Source of the DNA: Promethearchaeota archaeon | GTDB lineage: Archaea > Asgardarchaeota > Lokiarchaeia > Sigyniarchaeales > SOKP01 | DNA length: 64,000 nucleotides | NCBI GenBank assembly: GCA_029838195.1 | Contig: JALGVJ010000004.1 | Coordinates: forward strand, 128,001 to 192,000 | Direction of reading: 5' to 3' | Program-made: the position numbers and the translations under genes | The notes under the pieces: model-generated | What the model saw: only the letters and a program-made list of their open reading frames with translations | Databases searched by the model: none | Told to the model about the DNA's origin: nothing | Shown: positions 51,266 through 62,201 of the stretch, in pieces | How the letters are laid out: the number at the start of each line of letters is the position of its first letter | Position numbering within the stretch: position 1 is the stretch's first letter

Positions 51266-52513
51266 TTAAAAACTCACATTTGGTAAATGGTGAATAAATT
51301 CTTTTACTAATTCAACCCGTTCTTTACGTTCTTTTCTATAATAACGCAAGGGATATAACTCATTAATTACAAATTTGTAAATTTTTATCCATGTTTTAGC
51401 TACTTCACTAATTTTGTATCGAGATGCTATTTTTTTTGCTTTTTTTCCGAACTCTTCACGCAATGATTCATCTTTTAATAATTTTAAAACATATTCTTCA
51501 AATTCATGTAAATTATTGGCAAGAAAACCAGTCTCTCCATGTCGAATTACATCACGGATTCCATACCCATTTGCACCAACATTTGGCGTACCTTGTGCCA
51601 TGGCTTCAATTAAAACCAATCCTTCGGCTTCTACCCAGCTCCATAAACAAGTTAAATCTGCAGCATTATAAAGTTTCAATAAATCTTCAAAGGGCACCAT
51701 TCCTAAATAGGAAACGCAATTCTCCAAGCGCCATTTTCTAATAAATCTTTTTACTAATCCTGTAGAAGGCCCAGAGTTTCCAACTATAACAAAATGGGAA
51801 TCCGGATCTTTCTTGTGAATGTTTTTAAATGTTTTTATCAAGCTTATGGGATGTTTTTCTGGAGACAATCGGGCCGCAGATAATAAGATTTTTTTATCTT
51901 GCAAGTTGTATTTTTCCCGTATTCCATTTTCCTTGACGTTTTGAAAATAATAATCATGTATGCCGTTGGTAAGACATATAATGGGTTCTTTGAATTTTTT
52001 CTCTCTTAATAATTTCTTTTTGGATTTTGTTGCCACGTGAACTAAATCATATTTATCGACGACATGTCGCTCATAGCGCCAAATAATATCACTATTTGCT
52101 AAAAGACTTCCTAAAAAGGGAACATATTGAGCTGTATAGAATGTCATAGGACTATTATGAGTACCGATCATCGGGATTCCCAAATATTTTGCCCAGTTGA
52201 TTGCCATGGAACCAATGGTCGCATGGGTGTGAATATGAGCTATATCCAGATAATCTTCTTTACAAAAAAAGATTTTATGGATGGGTACGCTCAATACAAA
52301 ACCCGTATCTTTTGAAATCCTCGCTCCCCCTAAATCGTGGTAATAAAGATTTTTTGGCTTCTTATAGCCATTTTCAATTCTGGGGGCAAAAACATGAACA
52401 TTATGGCCTGTTTTAGCAATAGCTTCACTCAAGAATCTAACGGCATGTGCGGTCCCGTTAATTTGAGAATACATGCAACTGAAAAATCCAATGTTAAGTG
52501 CTTGTTTAGCCAT
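51266..52513 (-). CDS. GT4 glycosyltransferase
   Basis: GHNVHVFAP, HIHT, ARLSPEK, EAEGLVLIEAMAQG. Confidence 0.9.
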   Translation of the reverse strand: MAKQALNIGFFSCMYSQINGTAHAVRFLSEAIAKTGHNVHVFAPRIENGYKKPKNLYYHDLGGARISKDTGFVLSVPIHKIFFCKEDYLDIAHIHTHATIGSMAINWAKYLGIPMIGTHNSPMTFYTAQYVPFLGSLLANSDIIWRYERHVVDKYDLVHVATKSKKKLLREKKFKEPIICLTNGIHDYYFQNVKENGIREKYNLQDKKILLSAARLSPEKHPISLIKTFKNIHKKDPDSHFVIVGNSGPSTGLVKRFIRKWRLENCVSYLGMVPFEDLLKLYNAADLTCLWSWVEAEGLVLIEAMAQGTPNVGANGYGIRDVIRHGETGFLANNLHEFEEYVLKLLKDESLREEFGKKAKKIASRYKISEVAKTWIKIYKFVINELYPLRYYRKERKERVELVKEFIHHLPNVSF

Positions 52514-52869
52514 TGCTTACCTCTTTTAAAATAATGAATTCCTATTTTAAGAGCTCTTTAATTAAGAATCAGGAGAGGAGTTCATTTAATTGAAAAATTA
52601 TCTCTCCATATTTATATAAACAATCGTTTCATTAAAAAATAAAATGTTTTAATAAAAATTTTTCTTGGTTTTAATAACGATTAATTAAATATTTTCATGA
52701 ATTTTCAAATATTTATTCAAAATAGGAGACAAATGTTCTTAATAGAGAGTTCAGAAAGAGTTTTGTACTTTTTAAAAATTTATTTTTATTTTCAAACTTT
52801 CTCTAATTAGTACAAAAATTTTTTTTTTGATACATAATTAATGCATGTTAGAATTCTTTAATTAATGGA

Positions 52870-53055
52870 ATGATCATGGACGAAGCAGAGAAAAGAAAAA
52901 TCGAACAAGATATTATTAAGAAAAGAAGATTACCTTATTCATTAGATTTAATAGAAGTTAACGGAGATAAATACGTAGTGTTGAATAATTATGGCTCTAC
53001 GATAACTTATATTAAAAAAGGCGATGAATACTTCTTGGAAGAGGAATTAAAATAA
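52870..53055 (+). CDS. Small hypothetical protein
   Basis: 61-aa ORF with protein-like composition in an AT-rich gap, followed by a T-tract. Confidence 0.6.
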   Translation: MIMDEAEKRKIEQDIIKKRRLPYSLDLIEVNGDKYVVLNNYGSTITYIKKGDEYFLEEELK

Positions 53056-53368
53056 CTCCTTTTTATTCTCATAAATAAGATTGAGTTAATAATGGGAGAT
53101 TTTTTTAAGAAAATAAAGAGATAATAAACTCATTTTTAATTAACTAAAATTTAATTTTAATCAAGTGAAACTAGTATTTTAAAATCATGCGGATTAGATG
53201 CTACACTTGATTAATTTAATGATATTAACAAACTCGCCGAGAAATAAGAATTTCTCTCACTTAATAATTCATTATAGATAAGAATTTAAGAAAAAATTAT
53301 TTTTATTAAATTAAGAAATATTAATTTTCAATGACGTTATAAAGTGGGGAAAGATTCAAAGACGAAGG

Positions 53369-54535
53369 ATGGATTCTACTGATTCAGGAAGTAACTTGAG
53401 TGAAAAATTTCGAGCGTGCGTGAATGAGCATACATCTTTATCTATGTATAAAAAAAGAGAAAATTTTTACTGCATTATTCGAAAAGATTTATCTAAACCT
53501 TATGAGGTAGATGTAGATGCGTCCGAAGCGCCTATTACAAATAAAATGACAAAGGTCGCAGAACCATACGAAATCAGTATTGCTGATTTAAAGATTTTAG
53601 AAGATGAAGTATTTCCCATTAATGAGGCAATTAAAAAAGTATTCGGCCCTGAAAATGAGTTGAAATTAAAAACGATTACCTTAGCGATTGGGGGTAGCAT
53701 TACCGATTATGTCACGGTTGATAAAGGCGATTTAATAAAATTTGATGTAACCCCTACTCTTACCGGCTTGATGGAATTCGTGGAAGAAAACAATGAGAGC
53801 ATAATAGGATTCCTAAATTCTGAATATATTAGTGAAGAGGGAAATGTAATTTATTTAAATTGTGGAAGAGAAAAACTATCCAAAAACATTCTTTCGATTA
53901 AATTAAAAATTTTAGCTTCCATGCAACAACGAGGATTATTCTTGCAACAAGAACATAAATATTATGGACTTCAATTATACGTCATTATTGCCTCTCGAGT
54001 ACAAGATGATAATAAATTATTAGAATTCTTAAAAGAATTAGGAATTGATTGGGAGTTAATCTTTTTTAGAAGAAGATTAGCCATTCATGATTGGATTCAA
54101 ATCGAATGTGAGAAAGATAAAGAAAATCTAAAAGGATTCTTACGAGCTAAATATAAAACTTTAAACTATTTTGATGTTAATAATATCACTCTAGTGGTCG
54201 TTAAAAACGAATTACCTTTTATTGTTGCAGATAAAATGGCTTCACTTCTCTCTAACATGAAATCTGAACGTATTAATCAATCCAAGGGGGAATCCTTACA
54301 AGATTCGGCAAGGAGCTCAAGGCTTTCAACCAGAAGAACCTATTATACCCGAGATTTTTATCAACCGAGGGATCACCAAGGAGAAGAATATTCTATAACT
54401 TTAAAAAAAGCAGAAATCGCTGCTGCTGCTAAACTAGCATGTGCTTACTTGGGAATTCAAAAACAAATGGAGTTTGATAGAGATATTCCCATAACTGAAA
54501 TTTTAAAATATCAAGAAGAATTAACCAATATTTAA
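53369..54535 (+). CDS. Hypothetical protein
   Basis: 388-aa open frame; no motif recognised. Confidence 0.7.
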   Translation: MDSTDSGSNLSEKFRACVNEHTSLSMYKKRENFYCIIRKDLSKPYEVDVDASEAPITNKMTKVAEPYEISIADLKILEDEVFPINEAIKKVFGPENELKLKTITLAIGGSITDYVTVDKGDLIKFDVTPTLTGLMEFVEENNESIIGFLNSEYISEEGNVIYLNCGREKLSKNILSIKLKILASMQQRGLFLQQEHKYYGLQLYVIIASRVQDDNKLLEFLKELGIDWELIFFRRRLAIHDWIQIECEKDKENLKGFLRAKYKTLNYFDVNNITLVVVKNELPFIVADKMASLLSNMKSERINQSKGESLQDSARSSRLSTRRTYYTRDFYQPRDHQGEEYSITLKKAEIAAAAKLACAYLGIQKQMEFDRDIPITEILKYQEELTNI

Positions 54536-54578
54536 TTAGTGATAATTAAAATAAAAAATAAAAAAAAATAAGATTCGT

Positions 54579-55586
54579 TCACTCTAATCCGTAAGAAGTT
54601 TTTAATAACTCGTGATTTACTTTTCCTACCGTAATAGTTTTTCCGGTTCTTAGATTATTTATCGTGTATGTTGCTGGAGCAAAAAGCCCAGGATCGATTT
54701 TATAAAAATCATAGTCTGCTTCTTTAAATATGACATTAAATGGTTTTCCATAACTTGATGATTGATTTGCTGGAGCTTTCTTTAAAATCTCAATAATTTC
54801 TGGCTCTTTTTCTTTTTCAGCATCAATTACATAAAAAGTAGATCCGGCAGCGATAATAGAATCATTAGTCAATCCCATGGCCGTAAAATCATCTTTAGCA
54901 ATGGGAGCGATGGTGGTAATTCCAAATCCTTCTTTAATTACATCTAATGGAAAATGTAGTTCATGCAATTTGTGAATCCCCGTTTCTACAATTCGAGCAG
55001 CAACTTGAATTGAACCTGTCAAGCAAGCAGTGGGAGCACAGACGGCATACGTATTTTCTGCGGGTACCTTACAATTATCCGTAATTATTTGCATTACTTC
55101 TTCATTCGGCATTTCTCTCGTCTCAAAAACAATAACCGCACAGTTAGAATTATCCGTGTAATCTAACTCTTCGAAAAGCTTTTCTTTCTTTGCTTTAGAT
55201 CTCGCTGGACCTGAGCCTAATGACTGGAAAACGACTTTCTTCTTAATTTTTCCATCTTTTTCCACTTCTTTTTTTAGTTTTACGCTCCATCCGGCTAATT
55301 GCGAGGCTAAACAAGAGATGATGGGATGAGAGGTATGAACATTGACTGCTGGAAGAAAATGTCCATCCACCTTGTAAGATGTAAATTCTACTGTTCCAAG
55401 ACCCCCCATGCAAATTTCGCCTACTAATTTTCCGCCAATCCATCCCGCATGAGTCATATCTACAATGGTTTGGCCGGAGGTTAATTTAATTACTTTTGCA
55501 CCATAGAGAGTCTGATTTTTTATAATATCTTCTACAATTTTTAGGGCTAAATCATTAACATTAATTTGTTCCAAAAAATTCACCAT
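54579..55586 (-). CDS. mch: Methenyl-H4MPT cyclohydrolase
   Basis: ICMGGLG, CLASQLAGW, GSGPAR, APTACLTGSIQVAARIVETG, TNDSI, DFYKIDPGLFAPA. Confidence 0.96.
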   Translation of the reverse strand: MVNFLEQINVNDLALKIVEDIIKNQTLYGAKVIKLTSGQTIVDMTHAGWIGGKLVGEICMGGLGTVEFTSYKVDGHFLPAVNVHTSHPIISCLASQLAGWSVKLKKEVEKDGKIKKKVVFQSLGSGPARSKAKKEKLFEELDYTDNSNCAVIVFETREMPNEEVMQIITDNCKVPAENTYAVCAPTACLTGSIQVAARIVETGIHKLHELHFPLDVIKEGFGITTIAPIAKDDFTAMGLTNDSIIAAGSTFYVIDAEKEKEPEIIEILKKAPANQSSSYGKPFNVIFKEADYDFYKIDPGLFAPATYTINNLRTGKTITVGKVNHELLKTSYGLE

Positions 55587-55762
55587 TAATGATGTTTTTA
55601 TAATTTTTTAGGTAAAATGATTTTTAAATTTTTAGAATTTTACTGAAATCTTCCAGCATAAAGTCATGATTTAAGCATGAAAAAATTTAAAATTATAATT
55701 AGTTTTTAATATCAAACACGGAATGTTATACATGAAAAATCAAGAAAAACGAATGACATATT

Positions 55763-57283
55763 ATGGACAAGAAAGATCATCGAATCTTGATGTTTTTGGA
55801 TGAAATAAGAAAAGCTTTGAATTATTTTCTAGAACATTATCATGAAAATTCTGCACCTGTTCAAATTTACACGCATTTAGATTCAGATGGATTAACTTCA
55901 GGGGCAATTTTAGGAAAAGCCTTATACAGGGAACAAATTCCTTTTCAAATTCGAGTATTGAAACAATTAGAAAAAAACGAAATTAAAAAATTAAAGGAAT
56001 CGGCTAAAAAATTAAAGAATTTCATTATTTTTTCGGATTTTGGTAGTGGACAGTACAAGGAATTAGTCGAAAGTTTAAATAATACGGAAAAGCCCATATA
56101 TTTTCTCATTTTAGACCATCACCTTCCTCAATCTGTTTCAAGCAAGGAAGAGATTGAATTACTTGAAAAAATTCACGTGCAGACCTCCCCTTTTCATGTT
56201 AATCCTTATTTTCAAAATATTGATGGAAGTTCAGAAATTTCTGGAGCGGGTGTTTGTTATTATTTTTCTAAAGCATTGAATGAAAAAAACGTGGATTTGT
56301 CCGGTCTTGCCATTATAGGTGCTTTAGGAGATATTCAAAATCAAGGAACACATAAATCTTTTAAAGGTGTGAATGAATTAATTTTAAAGGATGCCGTGGA
56401 TATGGGTCTTGTAAAGGTTATTGATGACTTGAATTTTTCAACCACAAGACCATTAAATGAAGCTCTCGCCTATTCCTCTGATATTTACATGCCTGGTTTG
56501 AGTAATGACGTGAATAAATCATTAAAATTTTTACAATCCATAGGAATTTTAATAGAAAAATCTGATGGGCAGATAAAAACACTCTCTGATTTAACTAAAA
56601 AAGAAAAACAAAAATTAACTTCTGCCATAATAGAATATATTTCCATGAAAATGGACGTAGATCCTGGCGAATTTATTAGTCGGCTAATAGTAAACAAGTA
56701 TATTTTAGCCCAAGAGCCCGAAAATACAATTCTTAAAGATATGGGTGAATTTTCTAACCTTCTAAATTCTTGCGGCAGGACAAACAATGCCTCTTTAGGA
56801 ATTGCTATTGCAATGGGAAACAGAACGGACGCTCTCACCAAGGCATTAGAAAACCTACAAGAATACAAGAAAACCTTAATGAACGCATTAAATTGGTTAA
56901 AAGAAGAAGATAAGATTAAACAAAAGAACTATCTTCAATATTTCTATGGGGAAAACATGATAAATGAGAATATCGTGGGAACAATTGCAACCATGCTAAT
57001 TTTTGAAAAAGGACCGGTAATCGATTTAAATAAACCCATATTTGGTCTGGCAGAAAGAAAAGAAGAGCAAGTGTTTAAAGTTTCTGCAAGAGCAAGCAAG
57101 GAATTAGTGGAAAAAGGATTGAATTTATCTGAAGTGATTAGAGAAGCTTGTAAAAGAACTAACATTGACGTGTTAGGCGGCGGCCATCCTCCTGCTGCTG
57201 GCACGAAAGTGCCTCTTGATCGAGCCGAGATTTTTTTAGAACAGTGCAATGAAGTAATAAAAATTCAACTCTCTTCCCAATGA
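55763..57283 (+). CDS. Archaeal RecJ/GAN (Cdc45-like) DHH phosphoesterase
   Basis: HLDSDG, DFGSG, LDHH, GALGDIQ, LLNSCGR, SAR, GGGHPPAAG. Confidence 0.9.
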   Translation: MDKKDHRILMFLDEIRKALNYFLEHYHENSAPVQIYTHLDSDGLTSGAILGKALYREQIPFQIRVLKQLEKNEIKKLKESAKKLKNFIIFSDFGSGQYKELVESLNNTEKPIYFLILDHHLPQSVSSKEEIELLEKIHVQTSPFHVNPYFQNIDGSSEISGAGVCYYFSKALNEKNVDLSGLAIIGALGDIQNQGTHKSFKGVNELILKDAVDMGLVKVIDDLNFSTTRPLNEALAYSSDIYMPGLSNDVNKSLKFLQSIGILIEKSDGQIKTLSDLTKKEKQKLTSAIIEYISMKMDVDPGEFISRLIVNKYILAQEPENTILKDMGEFSNLLNSCGRTNNASLGIAIAMGNRTDALTKALENLQEYKKTLMNALNWLKEEDKIKQKNYLQYFYGENMINENIVGTIATMLIFEKGPVIDLNKPIFGLAERKEEQVFKVSARASKELVEKGLNLSEVIREACKRTNIDVLGGGHPPAAGTKVPLDRAEIFLEQCNEVIKIQLSSQ

Positions 57284-57313
57284 AATAAACCTTACATGTT
57301 TTCCTTTTAAATT

Positions 57314-58618
57314 TTAAATCATGTATTCTTCTCCAATTTCTGGAGCAACGGAATTATATCCCTTTTTTACTAATGAACTAGAAAAACGGGTAGTAGATTT
57401 TTCATCCCCATGGATGCAAAACACTTGAGAACCATCCCGGAATTTCAAACCATTTACATATTCAAGTAATTGAGTTCCATCAGCATGAGAAGAAAAATCA
57501 AAATATTCATAATCACATTTAGCTACCACCCTTATTGGAGAGAGATCTTCTACAACACTTCCATGATCTCGTTTATAATCAAAATACCCCTTATCTAATA
57601 AGGTTCTTCCTGGGCTATCCTCAACTTGATACCCCACAAAGTATATAGCAGATAAAGGATCCCTCAAAATGGTTTTTAAATATTCCATTACGGCACCTCC
57701 TTTTAACATGCCACTAGATGCGATAAAAACAGCATTTTCTTTTTTAATGGAACCCCTATCTATTTGTCTTGATATAAATTTTGCTTTTTTCAATGCTTTT
57801 TTATAAATTTTATAATCTTTTAACGCTTCGGGATAGTTTAAGTAACTCGTACAAATTTTTCGTGATAGACCATCCACATAAATTTGATCATTATAATTGT
57901 ATTTATGTAAAATTAACAATACTTCTTGGGAACGCGCAACCGCAAACGCCGGAATCAATATTTTGCCTCCATTGCTTATTACATTTGATATCTTGTCAAC
58001 AAAATTTTTCTCAAGCATCTCTCTATTAGGATGAGTTTTCAAGGCATATGTAGACTCAATAATCAAGCAATCAATGGGAGGTAAATTTTCTGTAGAAGTA
58101 GGAAAGCATAAATTAGTGTTTTGGGTGTTGATATCGCCCGAATATAAGATGTTTTTCCCATCTACTTCTATTAAAATAGACACGCTTCCGGGAATATGTC
58201 CTGCATTAATAAAGGTTATATAGAAATTTTCATCAATTTTTTGCCGAATCCCTTCCTCTAAAAACCAAGCATTATTTCTTAACTTTTCTAATTCTCTATA
58301 TCCAAATTGAAAATTATACTTGGAAATATTTAATGAGTCTTTAATTAAAATTTCAGAAATTCTTAATGAAATAGGATTGGTATAAAAAGGTACTTGTTTC
58401 TCTTTATATAATTTAGGGAGGGCTCCCGAATGATCAACATGAGCGTGTGTTAAAGCAACACCTTTAAGATTTTTTATATTAACTGGAAGGGGGAGTCTTG
58501 CATCTTTTTGAAATCCAATACCGTAATCTAATATACATTTTCTTCCATTATTAGAAGTTATTAAAATTCCTGCTCTTCCAATTTCACGGCATGAACCTAA
58601 AAACGTTATTTTCGTCAT
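57314..58618 (-). CDS. Beta-CASP metallo-beta-lactamase ribonuclease
   Basis: THAHVDHSG, AGHIPGS, YSGD, ESTY, PAFAVAR, GYQ, FSSHAD, IHGD. Confidence 0.92.
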   Translation of the reverse strand: MTKITFLGSCREIGRAGILITSNNGRKCILDYGIGFQKDARLPLPVNIKNLKGVALTHAHVDHSGALPKLYKEKQVPFYTNPISLRISEILIKDSLNISKYNFQFGYRELEKLRNNAWFLEEGIRQKIDENFYITFINAGHIPGSVSILIEVDGKNILYSGDINTQNTNLCFPTSTENLPPIDCLIIESTYALKTHPNREMLEKNFVDKISNVISNGGKILIPAFAVARSQEVLLILHKYNYNDQIYVDGLSRKICTSYLNYPEALKDYKIYKKALKKAKFISRQIDRGSIKKENAVFIASSGMLKGGAVMEYLKTILRDPLSAIYFVGYQVEDSPGRTLLDKGYFDYKRDHGSVVEDLSPIRVVAKCDYEYFDFSSHADGTQLLEYVNGLKFRDGSQVFCIHGDEKSTTRFSSSLVKKGYNSVAPEIGEEYMI

Positions 58619-58888
58619 TTTTAAAGCATTAATAAAATATAGAAATAGTAAACAAGTTAACGTCTTATTTGATTTAATAATTTCAAAAAGATTAATTTTT
58701 GCATTTTTAGAAATTGATGAAATTATTCATTAATTTAAAATTTTATAAAGAATTTTTAAATTATTTTTAGAAAAACATGGGTTTTGCTTGGATAATGGGA
58801 TTTAAAAAAACTCAATATCATTAAAATTTTAATTAATCTAAAATAAAAAGTAAATATACTCTAAACAATTAAAAATAGGGATATTTTC

Positions 58889-59752
58889 ATGAAATTCGAA
58901 GGAAAAGCAGAAATTGGAATTATAGGTGGAACTGGTTCGGATCTGGAATTGGAAAATGCCGAAGATGTTAAAATCTACACGCCTTATGGAAAAACTTCAG
59001 ATTTCATTAAAATTGGAAATTTTCAAGGAAAACGGATTGCTTTTATTCCACGTCATGGAACGGGCCATGTCATTCCCCCTCACCAATTGAATTCGCGGGC
59101 AAATATTTGGGCTCTAAAAGAATTGGGTGTTCAATGCATCATTTCACCCAGTGCTGTAGGCTCTTTAAGAAAAGAACATGGAAAAGGAAAATTCCTTTTG
59201 GTTGATCAATATATAGATCGCACGAAAAAGCGGTTAGATACATTCTATGAAGGAGGGCAAGTATGCCATATATCCCAAGCCGAACCTTATTGCGATTATC
59301 TCAATGGATTATTTCATGATAAAGGGAAAACGATTGAGGGATTGGAAATTCAAAAAGGAGGGACATACGTGTGCATTGAAGGTCCCCGATTCTCCACGAG
59401 AGCTGAATCTATAATGTTTCGGACCTGGGGCGGAGATATAATTGGCATGACCACTTATCCGGAAGTAGTATTGGCTGCTGAAAAAGAAATGTGCTATTGC
59501 TGCATCGCCATGGTCACGGATTTAGATGTATGGGCGGGAGAGTGCCCAAATTGTGGAATTGTTGAATATCAAGAGAAATGTGAAAAATGTGGAGGCCCTG
59601 TTAATAAACTGGCTGTAAGCATAAATGAAATATTAGAGACTATGGAAAAAAATACCAAGAACTTAAAAAAGCTATTGGAAATAACCATTCCCGAAATTGA
59701 TACTTCAAGAGATTGTCCATGCAAGCATTCTCTTACGGGAGCAGTAATATAA
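58889..59752 (+). CDS. mtnP: 5'-methylthioadenosine phosphorylase with a Zn-ribbon insertion
   Basis: GIIGGTG, TPYG, PRHG, RANIWALK, AVGSL, EGPRFSTRAES, GMT, VTDLD. Confidence 0.93.
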   Translation: MKFEGKAEIGIIGGTGSDLELENAEDVKIYTPYGKTSDFIKIGNFQGKRIAFIPRHGTGHVIPPHQLNSRANIWALKELGVQCIISPSAVGSLRKEHGKGKFLLVDQYIDRTKKRLDTFYEGGQVCHISQAEPYCDYLNGLFHDKGKTIEGLEIQKGGTYVCIEGPRFSTRAESIMFRTWGGDIIGMTTYPEVVLAAEKEMCYCCIAMVTDLDVWAGECPNCGIVEYQEKCEKCGGPVNKLAVSINEILETMEKNTKNLKKLLEITIPEIDTSRDCPCKHSLTGAVI

Positions 59753-59831
59753 AGAAGAAAGAGAAAAAATTAGGGAAAAAATATTCTTTTTTTTATGTTT
59801 CATTCTTTTCATTACCTTTTTCATTTTAATT

Positions 59832-60359
59832 TTATTCCTCTACGGGAATTTGAACTAAGGTATAGACGTCATATTCTTTAAGTAAATCTCGCCCATGCAA
59901 GCTTCCCGTCAGTTCAATTACAAAAGCCACCCCTACAACAGTTCCTCCTGCTTTTTCAATTAATTTACATGCTGCTCTTGCCGTGCCTCCCGTGGCAAGG
60001 AGATCATCGAAGACTAACACTTTATCGCCCTTTTCAATGGCATCAACATGCATTTCTATGGTATCCGTTCCATATTCTAATTCATAGGTCTCGCTTAATG
60101 TTTTATAAGGTAATTTACCGGGCTTTCTAATTAATATAAAACCTGCTCCTAATTGATAGGCAATCACACCTCCAAAGACGTACCCTCGAGCTTCGATTGC
60201 AGCGACTTTATTAATACCTTTCTTTTTATAATGCTTTACAATTTTATCGCATGCCTCTTTAAAAGGAGCATGTACTTTACATAAGGTCGTGATATCTTTA
60301 AATTGAATGCCTGGTTTAGGAAAATCAGGAACATTTCGAATATATTTTTCTAAGTCCAT
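59832..60359 (-). CDS. apt: Adenine phosphoribosyltransferase
   Basis: PDFPKPGIQFKDIT, EARG, RKPGKLP, YELEYG, DDLLATGGT. Confidence 0.96.
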   Translation of the reverse strand: MDLEKYIRNVPDFPKPGIQFKDITTLCKVHAPFKEACDKIVKHYKKKGINKVAAIEARGYVFGGVIAYQLGAGFILIRKPGKLPYKTLSETYELEYGTDTIEMHVDAIEKGDKVLVFDDLLATGGTARAACKLIEKAGGTVVGVAFVIELTGSLHGRDLLKEYDVYTLVQIPVEE

Positions 60360-61171
60360 TTTTTAAACTCCTTTACATGACCTTAATTTATTTTCATGTG
60401 ATACATTTTCTATTAATTATTTGAACTATTTAATATAATCGATTTGGTTAGGGGGTCTAACTAATAAATTAAAATTATTATTTATTTTGTTTTATTTAAT
60501 TTCATTTTTCGCGAAATCTTGTTTAGCTCCAACATTATCAATGGATTTGGACACGTTTATCGTTTTCTTATAATTTCTTTTTCCCATCCATAAGAGAATT
60601 CATGTTTTATTGACTAGGTAATTTCAATTTCTTATTTGGAATTAATTAAGATATGAATTTTTTCATGATTTTCATAGAATTCCTCATTGCTTTTTTCATT
60701 AACAAGTATTTTTAATAAATTGTAAAGAGGGTTCCTGTAAATAATGAGATAATCCACGCGGAATATATTGCTAAGGATGATGATCAACACTTAAAATTCG
60801 GTAAATCACGAATTTCATTTAAAATCAATACCTTGGGAATGGATTAATCTAAATTGAGAGTCACGCAAGAATGAGGAATCTTTTTAATATATGCCCCTTA
60901 CTTAATTGAAAAAATCTAAATATCTCAATATTATTATTACCTTATTTTTAAAAGTAGAATCTTACGTCCTATCGTTATTGTTAATATTCCAATCTGGTTT
61001 ACTCCCTTCTTCAAAAGTAATTTAAAATCATTGACACCATCATCGTTTCATTTAGTAAAGGTTTAAAAAGACATTATTTTTTATTATGATCGTACATGTT
61101 TGTTTAACATTTATTTCCAAAAAATTTAAAATGAGATAAAAACTAATTAATCAAATTGAGTGGCTTTTTGA

Positions 61172-62137
61172 ATGAAAATCCTACTTTTTGGACCCGAAAA
61201 TGCCGGAAAAACTTCTCTAATGCGTACCACGTGCTTAGGCTATAATTTCATGAAAGTAGTAAATCTAAAACCAACGAAAGGGATCAGTAGAGAGAATTTT
61301 ATCTTCCGCGGTTTAGTAGAACTCTCCGTTTGGGATGCAGGTGGCCAACAGAGATATTTAGAAAGGTATTTCTCAAAGTCTCAACGAGAGTTAATCTTTT
61401 CTGAAGTCACAACGGCAATTTTCATGGTAGATTCAACTGTTATTGAGGATCGAATAAAAGAAATTTTCAACATGTTTTTAAAATACATTTTCGAATATAG
61501 CCCACATGTTGAGATGGTATACTGTCTATTAAATAAAATTGATCTTCCGAATTCAAAGGAAGATGAGCTTTATGATTTTTTGATCAAAGATATGGACGAC
61601 GATTTGAAGAAAAAGATTGCGTTCACACCCGTTTCTGTCAAGGAAGGAAGTGCTCAACATCGCTTGATTGAAATTTTAGATCATGAAATCATGAAAAATA
61701 CCCTAAGCATGGCTAAAATGGGAAAAATCCAGCATTTTCTTCATGAATTGAAAAGTACCACGATTGCAGAGTATTTATTGTTCAATCAACCAGATGGATT
61801 ATTAATTGCGTCAACATTAGGGAAATTTGAAAGCGAGCCTTTAAAATTTATGAGTTTAAAATTAAGTTTGCCAAATTCTAATATTTATCAGATCTATAAT
61901 AAAATTTCTAAAATGATTGATTTACAACCTTCTTCCTTAACATTATCAAGCATTTTATTTGAATCAGAAACAAGTTATATCATCACGAAGGAGATTAGTA
62001 ATGGTAAGGTTTTATTAGCCGTAACAAAAAATAAGAAACTTGAAGTAATAATGGACGTATTAAAAGCATTAGCTAATCAAAATCTAAAACAATTGGAGGA
62101 GATCTTAGAAGAACAAAATTTAAAAGAAATTTTATAA
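61172..62137 (+). CDS. Rag/Gtr-like small GTPase fused to a C-terminal roadblock-like domain
   Basis: GPENAGKTS, PTKG, WDAGGQ, NKID; C-terminal YLLFNQPDGLLIAST. Confidence 0.85.
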   Translation: MKILLFGPENAGKTSLMRTTCLGYNFMKVVNLKPTKGISRENFIFRGLVELSVWDAGGQQRYLERYFSKSQRELIFSEVTTAIFMVDSTVIEDRIKEIFNMFLKYIFEYSPHVEMVYCLLNKIDLPNSKEDELYDFLIKDMDDDLKKKIAFTPVSVKEGSAQHRLIEILDHEIMKNTLSMAKMGKIQHFLHELKSTTIAEYLLFNQPDGLLIASTLGKFESEPLKFMSLKLSLPNSNIYQIYNKISKMIDLQPSSLTLSSILFESETSYIITKEISNGKVLLAVTKNKKLEVIMDVLKALANQNLKQLEEILEEQNLKEIL

Positions 62138-62201
62138 AAAAAAATGCGTAAATTAAAATAAAATAGAATTAATTTGAAGGGGAGTTAAAAAAGCATTTTA
62201 T

